Assembly: GCA_001778495.1 (NCBI GenBank)
Contig: MFHE01000010.1
Span: forward strand, 55,292 to 119,291
Reading direction: 5' to 3'
Source of the DNA: Candidatus Giovannonibacteria bacterium RIFCSPHIGHO2_01_FULL_45_24
GTDB taxonomy: Bacteria > Patescibacteriota > Minisyncoccia > UBA11713 > 2-01-FULL-45-33
DNA: 64,000 nucleotides
Shown: piece by piece, positions 63,442 through 64,000 of the stretch
How the letters are laid out: each line of letters starts with the position of its first letter
Numbering within the stretch: the first letter of the stretch is position 1
Notes under the pieces: generated by a model
What the model saw: the letters and a program-made list of their open reading frames with translations, nothing else
The model's database searches: none
What the model was told of the DNA's origin: nothing
Translations under genes and position numbers: made by a program

Positions 63442-63789
63442 TTATTTTCTTATTACATACTCCCAGTTTTTGGTTTCTTTATTTTTGAATCGGTTAAGGA
63501 TGCGGCGTTTGGTTAAGTTTAATAGATTCATAGCGACTGCCGGAGGGGTATGGTAATGCCCAACCTGCTTTAGCTTATCCATAATCGTAGATATCTCTTT
63601 GGGCGCATCAAAGAATCCTTCCTCAATAAGCATTGAGACCGCGCCAAATGCTCCTTTGGGAACTGAACGGGCGGCGACGCCTCGTGATGGCTTTAAGGAA
63701 GCTCGTGATGGTTGAACGCCGAGGGACGCTTCAAGTTCTGCTACAAGCTCTTTAATTCCGGCCATTATTACTTTCGGGCTTCTATTCAT
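63442..63789 (-). CDS. Small modular protein: different N-terminus, C-terminal GFF domain paralogous to 62664..63032
   Basis: ...SMLIEEGFFDAPKEISTIMDKLKQV...RILNRFKNKETKNWEYVIRK aligns with LIESGFFRDW...KLKQQ...NVLRRF...KHPWRYKQKN. Confidence 0.35.
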   Translation of the reverse strand: MNRSPKVIMAGIKELVAELEASLGVQPSRASLKPSRGVAARSVPKGAFGAVSMLIEEGFFDAPKEISTIMDKLKQVGHYHTPPAVAMNLLNLTKRRILNRFKNKETKNWEYVIRK

Positions 63790-64000
63790 AGTTTTAGTGG
63801 TTTAATGGTTAATCTTATTGAACAAGGTCATCTTATATCTTTTAGAAAACGGTGTCAAGCCCATAAGTAGGCACTTTTTCTGCTATAACCGGCCACCGCT
63901 ATAAATCAGCTTATTAAATGTCGGTTTATATGTCAATAGCTGACCCCCCAAAACGCCATAAAATAAAGGAAAAACGGCCATTTCTGCCGTTTAGTTTAAC

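Noticed and set aside
1-64000. Mobile-element genes (transposase, integrase, recombinase), rRNA, tRNA, CRISPR
   Set aside because: No DDE or serine/tyrosine recombinase motifs, no rRNA-like conserved stretches and no cloverleaf candidates were seen. The accessory character of the locus rests on repeats, palindromes and gene remnants only.

Overview
The gene content suggests a small-genome, gene-dense bacterium; the tight gene packing, frequent 4-nt overlaps and extreme glycosyltransferase density suggest a CPR/Patescibacteria-like organism (inference only). Most genes are on the minus strand. Bases 1 to about 47,800 form one very large glycoconjugate-biosynthesis superlocus. It has an NDP-deoxy/amino-sugar tailoring block: an RmlB-GT2 fusion, two extended-SDR epimerase/dehydratases, two DegT aminotransferases, three WxcM/FdtA-type cupins, a TylCIII-like C-methyltransferase, an FkbM methyltransferase, four further class-I SAM methyltransferases, LbH acetyltransferases and a NUDIX-GNAT fusion. 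It has a lipid-carrier block: a UbiA-family polyprenyl-phosphate phosphoribosyltransferase-like enzyme, a HAD phosphatase, an SDR epimerase and a GtrA flippase, whose arrangement parallels the mycobacterial decaprenyl-phospho-arabinose pathway. It has seven Dpm1/GtrB-like GT2 polyprenyl-phosphate sugar synthases, eight or more GT-C-type polytopic membrane glycosyltransferases (including tandem paralogs), five GT4 genes (one a double-GT4) and two AsnB amidotransferases. The locus ends with a secreted LTD-PKD surface protein carrying a Ser/Thr/Pro-rich linker. Bases 47.9 to 61 kb are housekeeping: secD, folA, thyA, rplK, nusG, secE, gyrB, pheS, uppS. This stretch includes a nucleotide-metabolism module (cytidylyltransferase-like, dCMP-deaminase fusion, HIT, thyA, atypical Nudix, degenerate Tmk-like) inserted where rplA would normally follow rplK. 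A duplicated rplK 3'-end remnant and a thrice-repeated upstream motif mark that insertion. Bases 61 to 64 kb are an accessory stretch of small, module-shuffled proteins plus a PLD-like protein. Sequence-level oddities worth a second look are heptanucleotide tandem arrays inside two GT4 genes (candidate phase-variation loci) and two families of perfect 21 to 31-nt palindromes, each present twice and sometimes in-frame inside unrelated genes. There is also a gene-conversion tract between tandem GT-C paralogs, an inositol-monophosphatase gene remnant that keeps its terminator, and several rho-independent terminators whose stems overlap stop codons. No rRNA, tRNA, CRISPR array or transposase was recognisable.
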